A stretch of DNA of 64,000 bases from an uncultured Gammaproteobacteria bacterium (GTDB taxonomy: Bacteria; Patescibacteriota; Patescibacteriia; Magasanikbacterales; GWA2-37-8). The stretch is taken from NCBI GenBank assembly GCA_964619625.1, contig CAZUFD010000003.1, forward strand, positions 30,282 through 94,281, in the 5' to 3' direction. The notes below the pieces were generated by a model. That model was not told the DNA's origin. It worked only from the letters and a program-made list of their open reading frames with translations, and ran no database searches. Positions 37,299 to 47,350 of this stretch are shown here, one piece after another (position 1 is the stretch's first letter; each line of letters opens with the position of its first letter). The position numbers and the translations under genes were made by a program.

Positions 37299-38831
37299 TT
37301 ATTGATTTAATCGGGGAAATAATTGTTCTGGTTTAGAAATTTTGTTCCCTACAATTAATTGTACCCAATTTTGCAATTCTGATAAAGGTTTGGCGAGTTC
37401 CGCCCCAAATTCAAGTCCAAGCTGGTTTAGTATTTTTTCGGAAGTTTCCGGCATGATTGGCCAAATCATAACCGCGATATGGCGCAGGCCTTCGGCTAAA
37501 TGATGCAACATATTTTTTACTTCTTGCTCTTTGCCGACTTTCATCATTGCCCAGGGCTGCTTATCCGAAATCATTTGGTCGCAATAAGAAATAAACTTCC
37601 AAACTGATTCTAAAGCACGGTCAAATCTCCATAAATCCATGGAGTTTTTATAATCAACATAAACACTACCAAGATAATCAATTATCTCTTGATTTACTTC
37701 GTTTGTTTCCGGAACCACGCTATCGCAATATTTTTCAACCATTACGAGTATTCGGTTGGTAAGGTTTCCCAAGCCATTTGCCAGGTCCGCGCCATAACGT
37801 TCTTCAAATTTTGAGTAAGAAAAATCACCATCATTATCAAATTGAATTTCTCGCATCAAAAAATATCGCACGGCTTCCAAAGGATACTTTTGCACGAGCT
37901 CCAGCGGATCAATCACATTTCCCACGCTTTTACTCATTTTTTGGCCATCTACGGTAATCCAGCCATGCACGGCAATTTGTTTGGGTAAATCTACACCGGC
38001 AGACATAAGCATGGCTGGCCATAAAAGGGAGTGAAAACGATTTATTTCTTTACCAATTACGTGCGCGTCTGCTGGCCAATAGGTTTTAAATAAATTTTCG
38101 TTATCACTTCCCCACCCCAAAGCGGTAATATAGTTGGTGAGCGCGTCAAACCAGACATACATAACCTGAGCGCCATCGTCTGGTACTGGTATACCCCAAG
38201 GCAGTTTTTCTTTTACTCTAGAAATGCTTACATCTTCCAAACCATTTTTTAAGATATTTTTCATTTCTTTAAAACGATGTTCGGGGTAAACAAAGTCCGG
38301 ATTTTTTTCAAAGAAAAACTCAAGCGGTTCTTGATACTTTGATAATTTAAAAAAATAATTTTCTTCGGATAGAGTTTCGGGGACACGGTTATGATCCGGG
38401 CATTTGCCATCCACCAAATCGGTTTCCAGCTTAAAAGATTCACACCCTATACAATACAATCCGGTATAACTTTTTTTATAGATATCTCCGCTCTCCAAAG
38501 ATTTTTTCCAAAATTCTTGAGCAGATTTCATATGCCGACTTTCTGTGGTGCGGATAAAATCATTATTGGAAATATTCCATTCATCTGCCAGCTTTAAAAA
38601 CCGAGCGGATTTTTCGGCAGAAAATTCTTCCACAGTTCGGTTTAATTCCTTGGCCGTTTTAAGCATTTTTTGGCCATGCTCGTCTGTGCCGGTTAAAAAA
38701 TATACGTCTTTGCCAAGCAGTCTTTGGTAACGAGCCATGACGTCGGTATATAAAATTTCCAAAGCAAAACCAATGTGCGGATCGGCATTGGCATATGGAA
38801 TCGCAGTCGTAAGATAATATTTGTCTTGCAT
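37299..38831 (-). CDS. metG: Methionine--tRNA ligase
   Basis: Motifs TTAIPYAN..PHIG, GTDEHG, YVWFDAL and KMSKS. Confidence 0.97.
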   Translation of the reverse strand: MQDKYYLTTAIPYANADPHIGFALEILYTDVMARYQRLLGKDVYFLTGTDEHGQKMLKTAKELNRTVEEFSAEKSARFLKLADEWNISNNDFIRTTESRHMKSAQEFWKKSLESGDIYKKSYTGLYCIGCESFKLETDLVDGKCPDHNRVPETLSEENYFFKLSKYQEPLEFFFEKNPDFVYPEHRFKEMKNILKNGLEDVSISRVKEKLPWGIPVPDDGAQVMYVWFDALTNYITALGWGSDNENLFKTYWPADAHVIGKEINRFHSLLWPAMLMSAGVDLPKQIAVHGWITVDGQKMSKSVGNVIDPLELVQKYPLEAVRYFLMREIQFDNDGDFSYSKFEERYGADLANGLGNLTNRILVMVEKYCDSVVPETNEVNQEIIDYLGSVYVDYKNSMDLWRFDRALESVWKFISYCDQMISDKQPWAMMKVGKEQEVKNMLHHLAEGLRHIAVMIWPIMPETSEKILNQLGLEFGAELAKPLSELQNWVQLIVGNKISKPEQLFPRLNQ

Positions 38832-38840
38832 AAATAAATT

Positions 38841-39041
38841 TTATTTTTGTTCTGGCTTTTTTGGAGTAAAAAACCAATACCAAATTAAGCCGACTAATAC
38901 CCAAGAAATAATAAAAATTGCCATTTCAATCAGCCAGCTCGGTTCATGGCCTGCAAATTCTAAATACCCAAAATACAAAGGCAATGCTATAAATCCCCAC
39001 ATTATACCAAAAATTATTCGGTCATATATATCTAGCATCAT
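38841..39041 (-). CDS. Small 2-TM membrane protein
   Basis: Two hydrophobic segments, coupled to the rsmI stop. Confidence 0.55.
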   Translation of the reverse strand: MMLDIYDRIIFGIMWGFIALPLYFGYLEFAGHEPSWLIEMAIFIISWVLVGLIWYWFFTPKKPEQK

Positions 39042-39733
39042 ATTGTATTTACCACAATAACAAACTCCCCTCGTTCATCTTGCATTTTTTCTGTTACTTG
39101 TTCAATCGTACCTCTATATATGGTCTCAAATTTTTTAGTTATTTCTCTACAAACCATAACTTGTCTTTTTACATCTAAGACTTCTTTCAACTCAGTCAGG
39201 CATTTTTTGATTCTATGCCCTGATTCGTAAAACACGACGGTAAATTCGCAGGCCGCTATTTCTTTAAAATATTTTTGGCGTTTATTTTTGTGCGGCGGAA
39301 ACCCCATAAACACAAATTTATCCGTGGGAAAGCCGGAAATAGACAAAGCGGCGATGACGGCTGATGGGCCGGGAATCGGTACAACTTCGGCAACTCCCCC
39401 TGCCCCCTCTTGGAAAGAGGAGGATGACACGAGCTGAGCGATTAATAGCCCGCCCGGATCGCTAATGCCAGGCGTACCGGCATCGGTAACTAAGGCTAGA
39501 TTTTTTCCTTCTCCTAGCAAACCAATAATTTCTTTAATTTTTCTTTGTTCCGTATGTTGGTGATAACTTATGAGCGGCTTGGAAATTTGATAATGTTCTA
39601 ACAAATTTTTGCTCACGCGTGTATCTTCACATAGCACAACGTCAACACTTTTAAGTGTTTCTAGGGCGCGGAGCGTAATATCCGCCAAATTACCAATGGG
39701 CGTGGCGACAATATATAGTTTTCCTGGCTGCAT
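39038..39733 (-). CDS. rsmI: 16S rRNA (cytidine1402-2'-O)-methyltransferase
   Basis: Motifs VATPIGNLADIT, CEDTR, DAGTPGISDPG and REITKKFE. Confidence 0.95.
   Translation of the reverse strand: MQPGKLYIVATPIGNLADITLRALETLKSVDVVLCEDTRVSKNLLEHYQISKPLISYHQHTEQRKIKEIIGLLGEGKNLALVTDAGTPGISDPGGLLIAQLVSSSSFQEGAGGVAEVVPIPGPSAVIAALSISGFPTDKFVFMGFPPHKNKRQKYFKEIAACEFTVVFYESGHRIKKCLTELKEVLDVKRQVMVCREITKKFETIYRGTIEQVTEKMQDERGEFVIVVNTI
39385..39424. repeat. DUF559-associated palindromic repeat copy in frame in rsmI
   Basis: 38/40 identical to 63451-63490. Encodes most of SSSFQEGAGGVAEV. Confidence 0.85.
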
Positions 39734-39774
39734 ATTTTCTCTAGCTTATCAATAAATCCAGGAAAAATCAATTA

Positions 39775-40209
39775 TTACAGAACTGCTTTTTTGGGTTTGA
39801 AAAGATACGAAACAGCCCAGCCAACCCCAAAAGATATTGCCCCAAGCATCCCCATAAACATATCTTTCATCGTGTCAGCCACGCTCGGCTGAGCACTCGT
39901 GAACAAATATTTATCAGATAAAAATTCGTAGAACTCCCAAAAAACCGTTATAGACATTACAAAAAAAAGAATCAGAAAAAAATCCGCCAACTTAGTATTG
40001 GTTTTAATTACATTATAGTTTTTTATTTTTTGCAATATAAAATAGGCCGTAACCGCTATACTTAAACCTCCCAAAAAATGCACGATTCTATTTGGCCAAA
40101 ATATGACTTTGTAATCTGCCCAGCCAGCTTCTAAAGCATAGCCAAGCATATATACAAAAAATGGAAAAGCCAACAAGTTAAATAAATCTCTGAATTTTAA
40201 ATCTTTCAT
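39775..40209 (-). CDS. Membrane protein (VanZ/DUF2238-like)
   Basis: HFLGG, WEFYEF and DTMKD motifs in a 4-TM protein. Confidence 0.7.
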   Translation of the reverse strand: MKDLKFRDLFNLLAFPFFVYMLGYALEAGWADYKVIFWPNRIVHFLGGLSIAVTAYFILQKIKNYNVIKTNTKLADFFLILFFVMSITVFWEFYEFLSDKYLFTSAQPSVADTMKDMFMGMLGAISFGVGWAVSYLFKPKKAVL

Positions 40210-40221
40210 ACAACCTAAATT

Positions 40222-40539
40222 TTACAATTCTTCATTTAAAAATTTATCCAGATTCGCTTCTTTTTCCTGTTGTGTTAAAGGCTTTATTTCGGCAGCTTTC
40301 TCTATTTGCTCCATGACTGTATCCGGCTGCGCGCCCATGACAAAGTTGCCATTTACAAGCATGTTTGGCCCAAAATCACAGCCGCCCAAACATACGCTAT
40401 AATCCAGATCGTACTGCTTATTTTTCTCTCCCAGCGTTAAACCTGTTTCATCCTCAATTTTTTTCACTACGGCTTCGGCTCCATTCTCTATACAGGAACA
40501 ATCTTGGCAAACTCGCACAATTGTTGGTTTTTTACCCAT
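40222..40539 (-). CDS. Thioredoxin-like [2Fe-2S] ferredoxin (NuoE-like domain)
   Basis: VCQDCSC...CLGGCDFGP. Confidence 0.8.
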   Translation of the reverse strand: MGKKPTIVRVCQDCSCIENGAEAVVKKIEDETGLTLGEKNKQYDLDYSVCLGGCDFGPNMLVNGNFVMGAQPDTVMEQIEKAAEIKPLTQQEKEANLDKFLNEEL

Positions 40540-40545
40540 ATACAG

Positions 40546-41748
40546 TTATTTCATTTTAGCAATTTGACGTAGCTGCTCTACAATTGCCGGTAAATACTTC
40601 ATTAGATAATCAATATCTTTTTTAGTATTTTCGTGCCCCAAGGAAAATCGTATCGCTCCCCTGGCTTCCTGCGGCTGCATACCCAAAGCCTTCAGTACAT
40701 GGGAAGGTTCTAAAGACTTGGCAGCGCAAGCCGACCCCGTGGAACACATAATACCGTATTCATCCAAATATAGAAGCAAGGCCTCTCCCTCTACGCCTCT
40801 AAAAGTAACATTTAAATTGTTGGGCAATCTTTGCGGCCCGATTTCCGGCCCGTTTAATTTTATATCGGGAATTTGTTTTTGCAATTTTTCCCATAAATAT
40901 TTCGTTAATTCGGCCAATCTTTTTGTTTCTTTGTCTTTATTGTTTGCCGCCAGTTCCAACGCTTTGGCAAGTCCGGCAATACCGGCGGTATTTTCAGTAC
41001 CCGCTCGAAGATGCCGTTCTTGTTCACCGCCAAAAATTATAGGTTGTATCTTCACTCCGCGACGCACATACAACGCGCCCACCCCCTTTGGCCCATATAT
41101 TTTACTGCCGCTTACTGCCATTAAATCTACATGGAGTTTTTCTACGTCCAAATCCAAATAACCTATGACCTGACAAGCATCGGTATGAAACAAAGGATAG
41201 TTTGTTTTATTATTTTTTCTATATTGTAAAATTTGGCGGCCAATATCGGCAATCGGATTTATACTGCCAATTTCATTGTTGGCATACATAATTGAAACAA
41301 GAACTGTATCCGGGCGTATCGCGCTTATAACATCTTCGGCTTTAATTATGCCCCTAGCATCGGGTTTTATATATGTAATGTCCCACCCCCATTTTTTTAA
41401 TTCTTCCAAAGAATTTAATACCGCATGATGTTCAGTGGGGCTGGAAATAATATGTTTGCCGTGCTGCGCATGCGCCTTGGCAACACCAAAAATAGCCAGA
41501 TTATCGGATTCGGTGCCGCCGCTGGTAAAAATTATATTTTCAGGCATTGCTCCCATTAACTTAGAAATTTCACCCCTGCTTTTATTCATTTCCACTTCTG
41601 CTTTTTTCCCTTCTTGGTGCAGTGAGGACGGATTGCCGAATCGGGTATTAAAAAACGGCAGCATGGCTGAAATTACCCGCTTATCCATAGGAGTGGTAGA
41701 CGCGTAGTCTAAATAGATACGCTGTATTTTTTTCGGTTTTGGAAGCAT
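40546..41748 (-). CDS. iscS: Cysteine desulfurase (IscS/NifS)
   Basis: Motifs YLDYASTTP, SGGTESDN, KIYGPKG and STGSAC. Confidence 0.93.
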   Translation of the reverse strand: MLPKPKKIQRIYLDYASTTPMDKRVISAMLPFFNTRFGNPSSLHQEGKKAEVEMNKSRGEISKLMGAMPENIIFTSGGTESDNLAIFGVAKAHAQHGKHIISSPTEHHAVLNSLEELKKWGWDITYIKPDARGIIKAEDVISAIRPDTVLVSIMYANNEIGSINPIADIGRQILQYRKNNKTNYPLFHTDACQVIGYLDLDVEKLHVDLMAVSGSKIYGPKGVGALYVRRGVKIQPIIFGGEQERHLRAGTENTAGIAGLAKALELAANNKDKETKRLAELTKYLWEKLQKQIPDIKLNGPEIGPQRLPNNLNVTFRGVEGEALLLYLDEYGIMCSTGSACAAKSLEPSHVLKALGMQPQEARGAIRFSLGHENTKKDIDYLMKYLPAIVEQLRQIAKMK

Positions 41749-41749
41749 T

Positions 41750-42331
41750 TTAAAAAGGCAATGTTAGATTTATATTTTTGGCGGCGCCAGTTGCGGCTTT
41801 ACCTGTGGCATGATTATCAAAATTTACGGCAAACGGCAACACTTCTCCGGTTAAGGATTTATAAAATAATTGTTTATTGTTTTTTCCAAATTCATAGACT
41901 TCTTTGGTTACTTTCACGTCTTGTTCACAATATTTTTTAATTTCATCAATTTTGCCTTCCTTCCACCATTTCATGGCCTGTAAGCCATCGGCGCTTTTGG
42001 TAATGTCCAGTGTCGCTTCGGCCACATCGTTTAATTTTAATCTGCGGCCAATTGATTCTTTGATTTTTACAAGCAAATCTAACTGTGGAAATGCCATTAG
42101 ATCCCCGGGGTAATAGCGGTTTAGAATTGGCAAATCAAAATGTTCGCTGTTGTAACCAATGAGTCGCGATGATTTTTCTAAGATCGGCCACAATTTACCA
42201 AGTTCATGACGTTCAAAAGAAGAATATGTATCGTGTTCATACTCATAAATGGAGACAACTGTAACTTCCATGGTATCCAAGTTGGTAATATCGCCTATAG
42301 TTTCTATATCAAAAATAATTTCATTGGACAT
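41750..42331 (-). CDS. RNase H-like (YprB/DEDD) domain protein
   Basis: Motifs FDIET, GYNSEHFD and YCEQDV. Confidence 0.8.
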   Translation of the reverse strand: MSNEIIFDIETIGDITNLDTMEVTVVSIYEYEHDTYSSFERHELGKLWPILEKSSRLIGYNSEHFDLPILNRYYPGDLMAFPQLDLLVKIKESIGRRLKLNDVAEATLDITKSADGLQAMKWWKEGKIDEIKKYCEQDVKVTKEVYEFGKNNKQLFYKSLTGEVLPFAVNFDNHATGKAATGAAKNINLTLPF

Positions 42332-42337
42332 ACAAAA

Positions 42338-43468
42338 TTAACTTGCGGTAATGGTAAATAAATCTGCTTTGGCATTTTCAATTAAAGAGCTATCTATATT
42401 TGCTTCCAAACGCAATACATTTTCAAGTTTGGCCTTAATTTGTGGATGTTTGGCTACAAATAAACTGCAGCAATCCTCGTATGGCCGGATAGAAATATCA
42501 AACGTGCCGATAGTTCGAGCGGTCTCTATTATATCTTTTTTATTGGTTCCTATCAATGGAGATAATTGCAATAATTCCGACGATTTGGAAATGACTGACA
42601 TATTCTCTAAGGTCTGCGAAGCTACTTGCCCCAGGCTATTACCGGACACCAGAGCCAAATAGTTATACTCTTGCGCGATCTTTTCGGCAATTTTATTAAA
42701 AATTCTACGAGTAACAATCATGCGGTACTCGGCCGGGATTTTCATAATCACCTCTTTTTGAATAGCCGCAAACGGTACGATAAATAATTTTATTTCCGGC
42801 TGATAGCGAGCCAAAACATGCGCCAAATCAAATATTTTTGCGCTCACTTCTTCGGTTACGCTTGTTTGGTTTTGAAAATGCAGCAGGTGCGCCTGCGCGC
42901 CTCTCGTCATCATTTTATAAGCGGCTACGGGGCTATCCAAACCGCCGGAAAGTAAAACCAAAACCTTGCCGCAGCTGGATGTCGGCAATCCTCCGACTGC
43001 ACTGTGCGTATTGCCAAAAATATAAGCGCTGTCTTTACCAATATTGATATGAATATTTAAATCTGGATTTTTCAAGGAGACCTGCCAGTTATACTTTATT
43101 CGTACATACTCTCCTATTTGTTTTTCTATTTCCGTTGAAGGAATGGGAAATTTTTTAAACGAACGCTCAGCAGAGATGCGAAAGGTTTTAGTACTCGCGT
43201 TATTCTTTACCAGTTTATCAATGGTCTTTTTAATATCCTCCGTGGCATGGCTGGCTTTGAACGCTATGGCAAAATTAGCAAAACCGGGAATTAGAGCCAG
43301 CTGTTTGATTTGCTCAGGCAAAATATTTTCAACCCACAAACCGCTTTCTATTCTTTTTACCTTTATTTTCGGCAATAAATGTTCCAAATTATTTTTAAGA
43401 TGTCCATAAAAAACAGGCTGATTGGAGCCTTTGAGAAAAATTTCATCTATATGGATTATTGCATTCAT
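42338..43468 (-). CDS. thiI: tRNA 4-thiouridine synthase ThiI (no rhodanese domain)
   Basis: THUMP domain, SGGLDSP PP-loop, GQVASQT and PYEDCC. Confidence 0.93.
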   Translation of the reverse strand: MNAIIHIDEIFLKGSNQPVFYGHLKNNLEHLLPKIKVKRIESGLWVENILPEQIKQLALIPGFANFAIAFKASHATEDIKKTIDKLVKNNASTKTFRISAERSFKKFPIPSTEIEKQIGEYVRIKYNWQVSLKNPDLNIHINIGKDSAYIFGNTHSAVGGLPTSSCGKVLVLLSGGLDSPVAAYKMMTRGAQAHLLHFQNQTSVTEEVSAKIFDLAHVLARYQPEIKLFIVPFAAIQKEVIMKIPAEYRMIVTRRIFNKIAEKIAQEYNYLALVSGNSLGQVASQTLENMSVISKSSELLQLSPLIGTNKKDIIETARTIGTFDISIRPYEDCCSLFVAKHPQIKAKLENVLRLEANIDSSLIENAKADLFTITAS

Positions 43469-43589
43469 ACCACACTATGGGGATTTAAGCCTTATTCTAC
43501 AGTCTTTTCTGAAACTGTAAACCCCTCTATAAATTGACTCTTTATTCTACTAATGATAGCGTACTAATACACCCTAGAAGGAGTAAAGG

Positions 43590-43925
43590 ATGACCAGAAA
43601 CCCATCTGTGGGTGTCTTTAGAAGAATGTGGTGGTGCATTCGGTGCCGGAGAGCGTTGCCTAACGGCGGCCCATGCTCCCGCTGCAGAGGGATGCAGTGC
43701 ATTGGGTGCAAGGGGGCGCCTGACGGTCAATGCTCTCGCTGTAGAGGAAACTTCTGCATTTCTTGCTTTGAAGCGCATGCGCAAGTGAACCATGCGCCAA
43801 ACATGGTGATGACAGGGGTCAGTTGTGTGGAATGCGGAAATGAACCGGATGGCCAGTGTGCCCACTGCCCGGCAATCCTGTGCGAAGGCGAGGAATGCCG
43901 AAAAACCCACGAAGGCAGGCATTAG
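43590..43925 (+). CDS. Cys-rich multi-zinc-finger ORFan
   Basis: 16 Cys (7 CxxC), a TTGACT promoter at 43534 and an AAGGAG SD. Confidence 0.65.
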   Translation: MTRNPSVGVFRRMWWCIRCRRALPNGGPCSRCRGMQCIGCKGAPDGQCSRCRGNFCISCFEAHAQVNHAPNMVMTGVSCVECGNEPDGQCAHCPAILCEGEECRKTHEGRH

Positions 43926-44033
43926 TCGTAACAGTGAAGACGGCTATGGAAGTATTTGCCCGATCGGGCAACCAGGACATCTGCAAGCCCAGCTCTGTCC
44001 TTGTTTTTTTAAAACATAATTAAATTTTTTATT

Positions 44034-44438
44034 ATGACAAAAAATATTGCAATTATCCTGGGCGAATTTCACAAAAAAGAAGTAGTGGAAATGCTAAATG
44101 AAGCGCGCAAGGTGGCAGCCGAAAATAATTTAACTATTGCCGAAGAAATTTGGGTAAATGGTTCTTATGAAAAACCGCTGGCTTTGAAGCGAGTGCTGAT
44201 GAAAGAAAATATAGACGGAGCTATTGCGCTTGGAATAATTGAACGCGGAGAAACCAAGCACGGATTGGTAATGGGTCACACTGTGATGCAAAGTATTTTA
44301 AACTTGGAATTAGAATATATGAAGCCGGTTGGTATTGGAATTCTTGGTCCGGAAATTTTGCCGAGTCAAATTCCTTCTCGTTTGCTTCCTACCGCACAAA
44401 AAGCGGTACTGGCTGTGGCACGGATGTTAGAAAAATAA
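44034..44438 (+). CDS. ribH: 6,7-dimethyl-8-ribityllumazine synthase
   Basis: Motifs VNGSYEKP, ALG..ERGETKH and KPVGIGI. Confidence 0.85.
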   Translation: MTKNIAIILGEFHKKEVVEMLNEARKVAAENNLTIAEEIWVNGSYEKPLALKRVLMKENIDGAIALGIIERGETKHGLVMGHTVMQSILNLELEYMKPVGIGILGPEILPSQIPSRLLPTAQKAVLAVARMLEK

Positions 44439-44440
44439 AT

Positions 44441-44893
44441 ATGGAATTCCAATTTTTGACACCAGATAAATTTATAGACGGCGATCTTGAACTGGTTTTG
44501 GTAAAAACAGTGCCAGCAAATGATAAAAAGGGTTACGTGCCAGCGTACCAATTTGCAATGATAAATACCTTTACCAGAGAAAAAATGGGAGATGTTACTT
44601 TGCGAATTGGTAACAACGAAAATATAAGGTATGGTGGCCATATTGGTTACGGTGTTGAAGAAGAGTTTAGAGGAAACCACTATAGCGCCCGTAGTATAAA
44701 ACTACTCCTACCTTTTGCGAAGAAGCATGGACTAAAAGAAGTAAGTATAACTTGCGACCCAGAAAATGCCGCTTCAAGAAAAACCTGCGAACTGGCTGGA
44801 GGAAATTTAGTAGATACAGTTGATTTGCCAGAACACAACGATCAATATAAACTTGGAGAAAGACAAAAATGTATTTATAAATTTGATTTATAA
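44441..44893 (+). CDS. GNAT family N-acetyltransferase
   Basis: Motifs GGHIGY.V...FRG and TCDPENAASRK. Confidence 0.88.
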   Translation: MEFQFLTPDKFIDGDLELVLVKTVPANDKKGYVPAYQFAMINTFTREKMGDVTLRIGNNENIRYGGHIGYGVEEEFRGNHYSARSIKLLLPFAKKHGLKEVSITCDPENAASRKTCELAGGNLVDTVDLPEHNDQYKLGERQKCIYKFDL

Positions 44894-47074
44894 ATACTTC
44901 TCTATTGCCTTCAAAATCTTTTCTTTAATATCTGCCGGAGACATTTTGGCAAGTTCGTATAACTCTTCTACATTACCTGATTTTAAATATTGGGTTATGC
45001 CAATTGCTTTTTTGTCGTAATCGGCCGGAAGCATAAACGGATACAAGAAACCTGGCCAACCGTTGTGAAGTGTGACGACTAATCCCCTTTCTTCATCGGA
45101 CAAAATACTTTGCGCTTTGGTTGGATTATTTTTTCGCAAATCTTCAAATAATTCTGGCGATGTTACGGCAATAATTTTTACATCCATTCCTTGCGCTTCT
45201 AATTCTGGTAAAATTTCCAAAGTATTTTTTAATATTTGCATACCGCTGATTGCCAAAACAATCCTACTACCCTTTCCTATAAAGTTTTTATAAACATAAG
45301 CGCCGTTGTTGGCCTCTATTGCCTCCGGCACATTTGCGCGATTTATTACCGGTTGCTCTGGTCTGTATACGGACAAAACAATCGGTTCGCCTTTTTCTAG
45401 CGCGCCAAACAGCATCTCTATAGTTTCGTTGGCGTCTAGCGGTTTATACACCTTTATACCTGGCAAAGCGCCATAAAGCGACATCCAATACATTCCCTGA
45501 TGTGTAGGGCCATCCTCGCCTGTTTCTGGGCCATCGTGGGCCGCTAGACAGATAAAGAAGCCTTTGGTTGGCGGGTTTAGTTGGTTACCTATAATAGCCA
45601 AACGAATAGAATTGGCCATCATATTGGTAAATACGGCAAAGGTGCCAAACACCGAAACGGGTTTATATCCACCAGGCAAAATATCTTGGGTCATAGCCGC
45701 ACCCATCATAGCCATATTTTGTTCGGCAATTCCATAGCGTATACCGCGCCCAAATGGATTATCTTTACTTATTAGTCCATAAACCTCTTCGGCGCTATTT
45801 GTATAAACAGATTTTGCCAAATCCCCCGCTCCGGCATAAAAAAATGCAGTCTGCTTCATATACCAGGCAAACCAAGCTTGTACCGCTTTGCGGGTAGAAA
45901 CTTTTTCTCCGGCTTTAAAAGTTAATTCAGGAGGTAAAACTTTTGGACGTTTAATACTCAGCGGCTGAACAAACGGTCGGTCTGCCAAAGCTTCTTTCAT
46001 TTGATTTACTTGTATGTGTTCGGGTACAATTTTCTGCGCGCCGATTTCTAATCTTTCCAAAATATATTTTTCATCCTCTGGGGTAATGTGAACCAAAACT
46101 TCCTGAATATCTTCCATAACTTTGCCTGGCTCTCCCAAAATATTAAACCCTAATTTTTTCATTATACTTACATATTCGTCGTGCTTTACCGGAGACCCAT
46201 GCGATGCGGCTGTGTTTTCTTTGCTGCCATAGCCTTTGCCTTTTAAGGTATGACAAATAATTACAGTTGGTTGTCCGTTTTCAAATCCTTTGGCGGCGAG
46301 TCTATATGCATACACCATTTCCAAAACATTATGGCCGTCCGTTTCTATAACATTCCAACCTAACCCTAGCCAATGATTTATGTAGGGCGAAGATACAACT
46401 TGTTCTATTTCAGCATCAATTCCAAAATGATTATAATCCAAACTTACAATCATGTTTTTTAGGCCGTTCGTAGCAATAATATTCCGCGCTTCGTAGGTCA
46501 TACCCTCTTCACTTTCGGCATCACCCATAAATACCCAGGTTTTGGTGTCTAACCCGCAAGAAGAATGCGCTAGTGCAATGCCGCCTGCAGCCGAAAATCC
46601 GTGGCCAGATGGGCCGGTTGTAAAATCAGAATATGGATATTGCGCTTCGGCGTGTCCTTGTGGGCCATCGGTATGGCGGAAACGAAGTAAATCTTCAGGC
46701 ATTACGGCTTTTATTACAGCTTCGGAAAATTGTCTGCCGGTACGTTTTAAAACTTCGTAATATAATGCTTGTCCGGCAAAAAGAAGCGGCGTGCAGTGCC
46801 CCGCGCTCCAAACTACTCTATCTCGGCCGGGATTTTTGGGGTTTATTGGATCAAACGCCATTACACCACCAAGGGTCATAGCCAAAAACTGCTCCACTTT
46901 GCCGCTACTTCCCGGATGACCGGATTGCCCGGCTTCAACGGCCGCAAAAATAAGACCTCGCAAAACTTTGGCTAGTTTCTCTAGGCGTTCTATATCTATG
47001 CCTTTTATTGAAGATATTTTTTTGTTTTGAAGATTTATATATTCTGGAGAATTTGTTTTCGATTTTTTGGGCAT
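44888..47074 (-). CDS. tkt: Transketolase
   Basis: SGHPG, SAGH, the GDAESEEG TPP motif, GIAEQ and GEDGPTHQ. Confidence 0.9.
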   Translation of the reverse strand: MPKKSKTNSPEYINLQNKKISSIKGIDIERLEKLAKVLRGLIFAAVEAGQSGHPGSSGKVEQFLAMTLGGVMAFDPINPKNPGRDRVVWSAGHCTPLLFAGQALYYEVLKRTGRQFSEAVIKAVMPEDLLRFRHTDGPQGHAEAQYPYSDFTTGPSGHGFSAAGGIALAHSSCGLDTKTWVFMGDAESEEGMTYEARNIIATNGLKNMIVSLDYNHFGIDAEIEQVVSSPYINHWLGLGWNVIETDGHNVLEMVYAYRLAAKGFENGQPTVIICHTLKGKGYGSKENTAASHGSPVKHDEYVSIMKKLGFNILGEPGKVMEDIQEVLVHITPEDEKYILERLEIGAQKIVPEHIQVNQMKEALADRPFVQPLSIKRPKVLPPELTFKAGEKVSTRKAVQAWFAWYMKQTAFFYAGAGDLAKSVYTNSAEEVYGLISKDNPFGRGIRYGIAEQNMAMMGAAMTQDILPGGYKPVSVFGTFAVFTNMMANSIRLAIIGNQLNPPTKGFFICLAAHDGPETGEDGPTHQGMYWMSLYGALPGIKVYKPLDANETIEMLFGALEKGEPIVLSVYRPEQPVINRANVPEAIEANNGAYVYKNFIGKGSRIVLAISGMQILKNTLEILPELEAQGMDVKIIAVTSPELFEDLRKNNPTKAQSILSDEERGLVVTLHNGWPGFLYPFMLPADYDKKAIGITQYLKSGNVEELYELAKMSPADIKEKILKAIEKYL

Positions 47075-47107
47075 ATTAAAAATTGAGTTGATCAACTATA
47101 TACGCTA

Positions 47108-47329
47108 TTATTTTAATCCAGACCACATTAAACAATCTACATATAAATTATTCTGTATTTCCTCAACGGATTTATTAGACGCTACTTCTTCGGCAGCAGA
47201 AACATAAAAATTCTGTGCTCTTTTATAACAGTCTTTTCGAATTTTCTGTGGCCTGTATTCATACCAGTAAAAGGCTAGGCCTAAAATAACCACAAATAAA
47301 GAGATAATTACGTAATACTGTTTTTTCAT
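47108..47329 (-). CDS. Small membrane-anchored protein
   Basis: N-terminal TM, then YWYEYRP..IRKDC...YVDCL. Confidence 0.7.
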   Translation of the reverse strand: MKKQYYVIISLFVVILGLAFYWYEYRPQKIRKDCYKRAQNFYVSAAEEVASNKSVEEIQNNLYVDCLMWSGLK

Positions 47330-47350
47330 AGCACTGCTTTAAAAATAATT

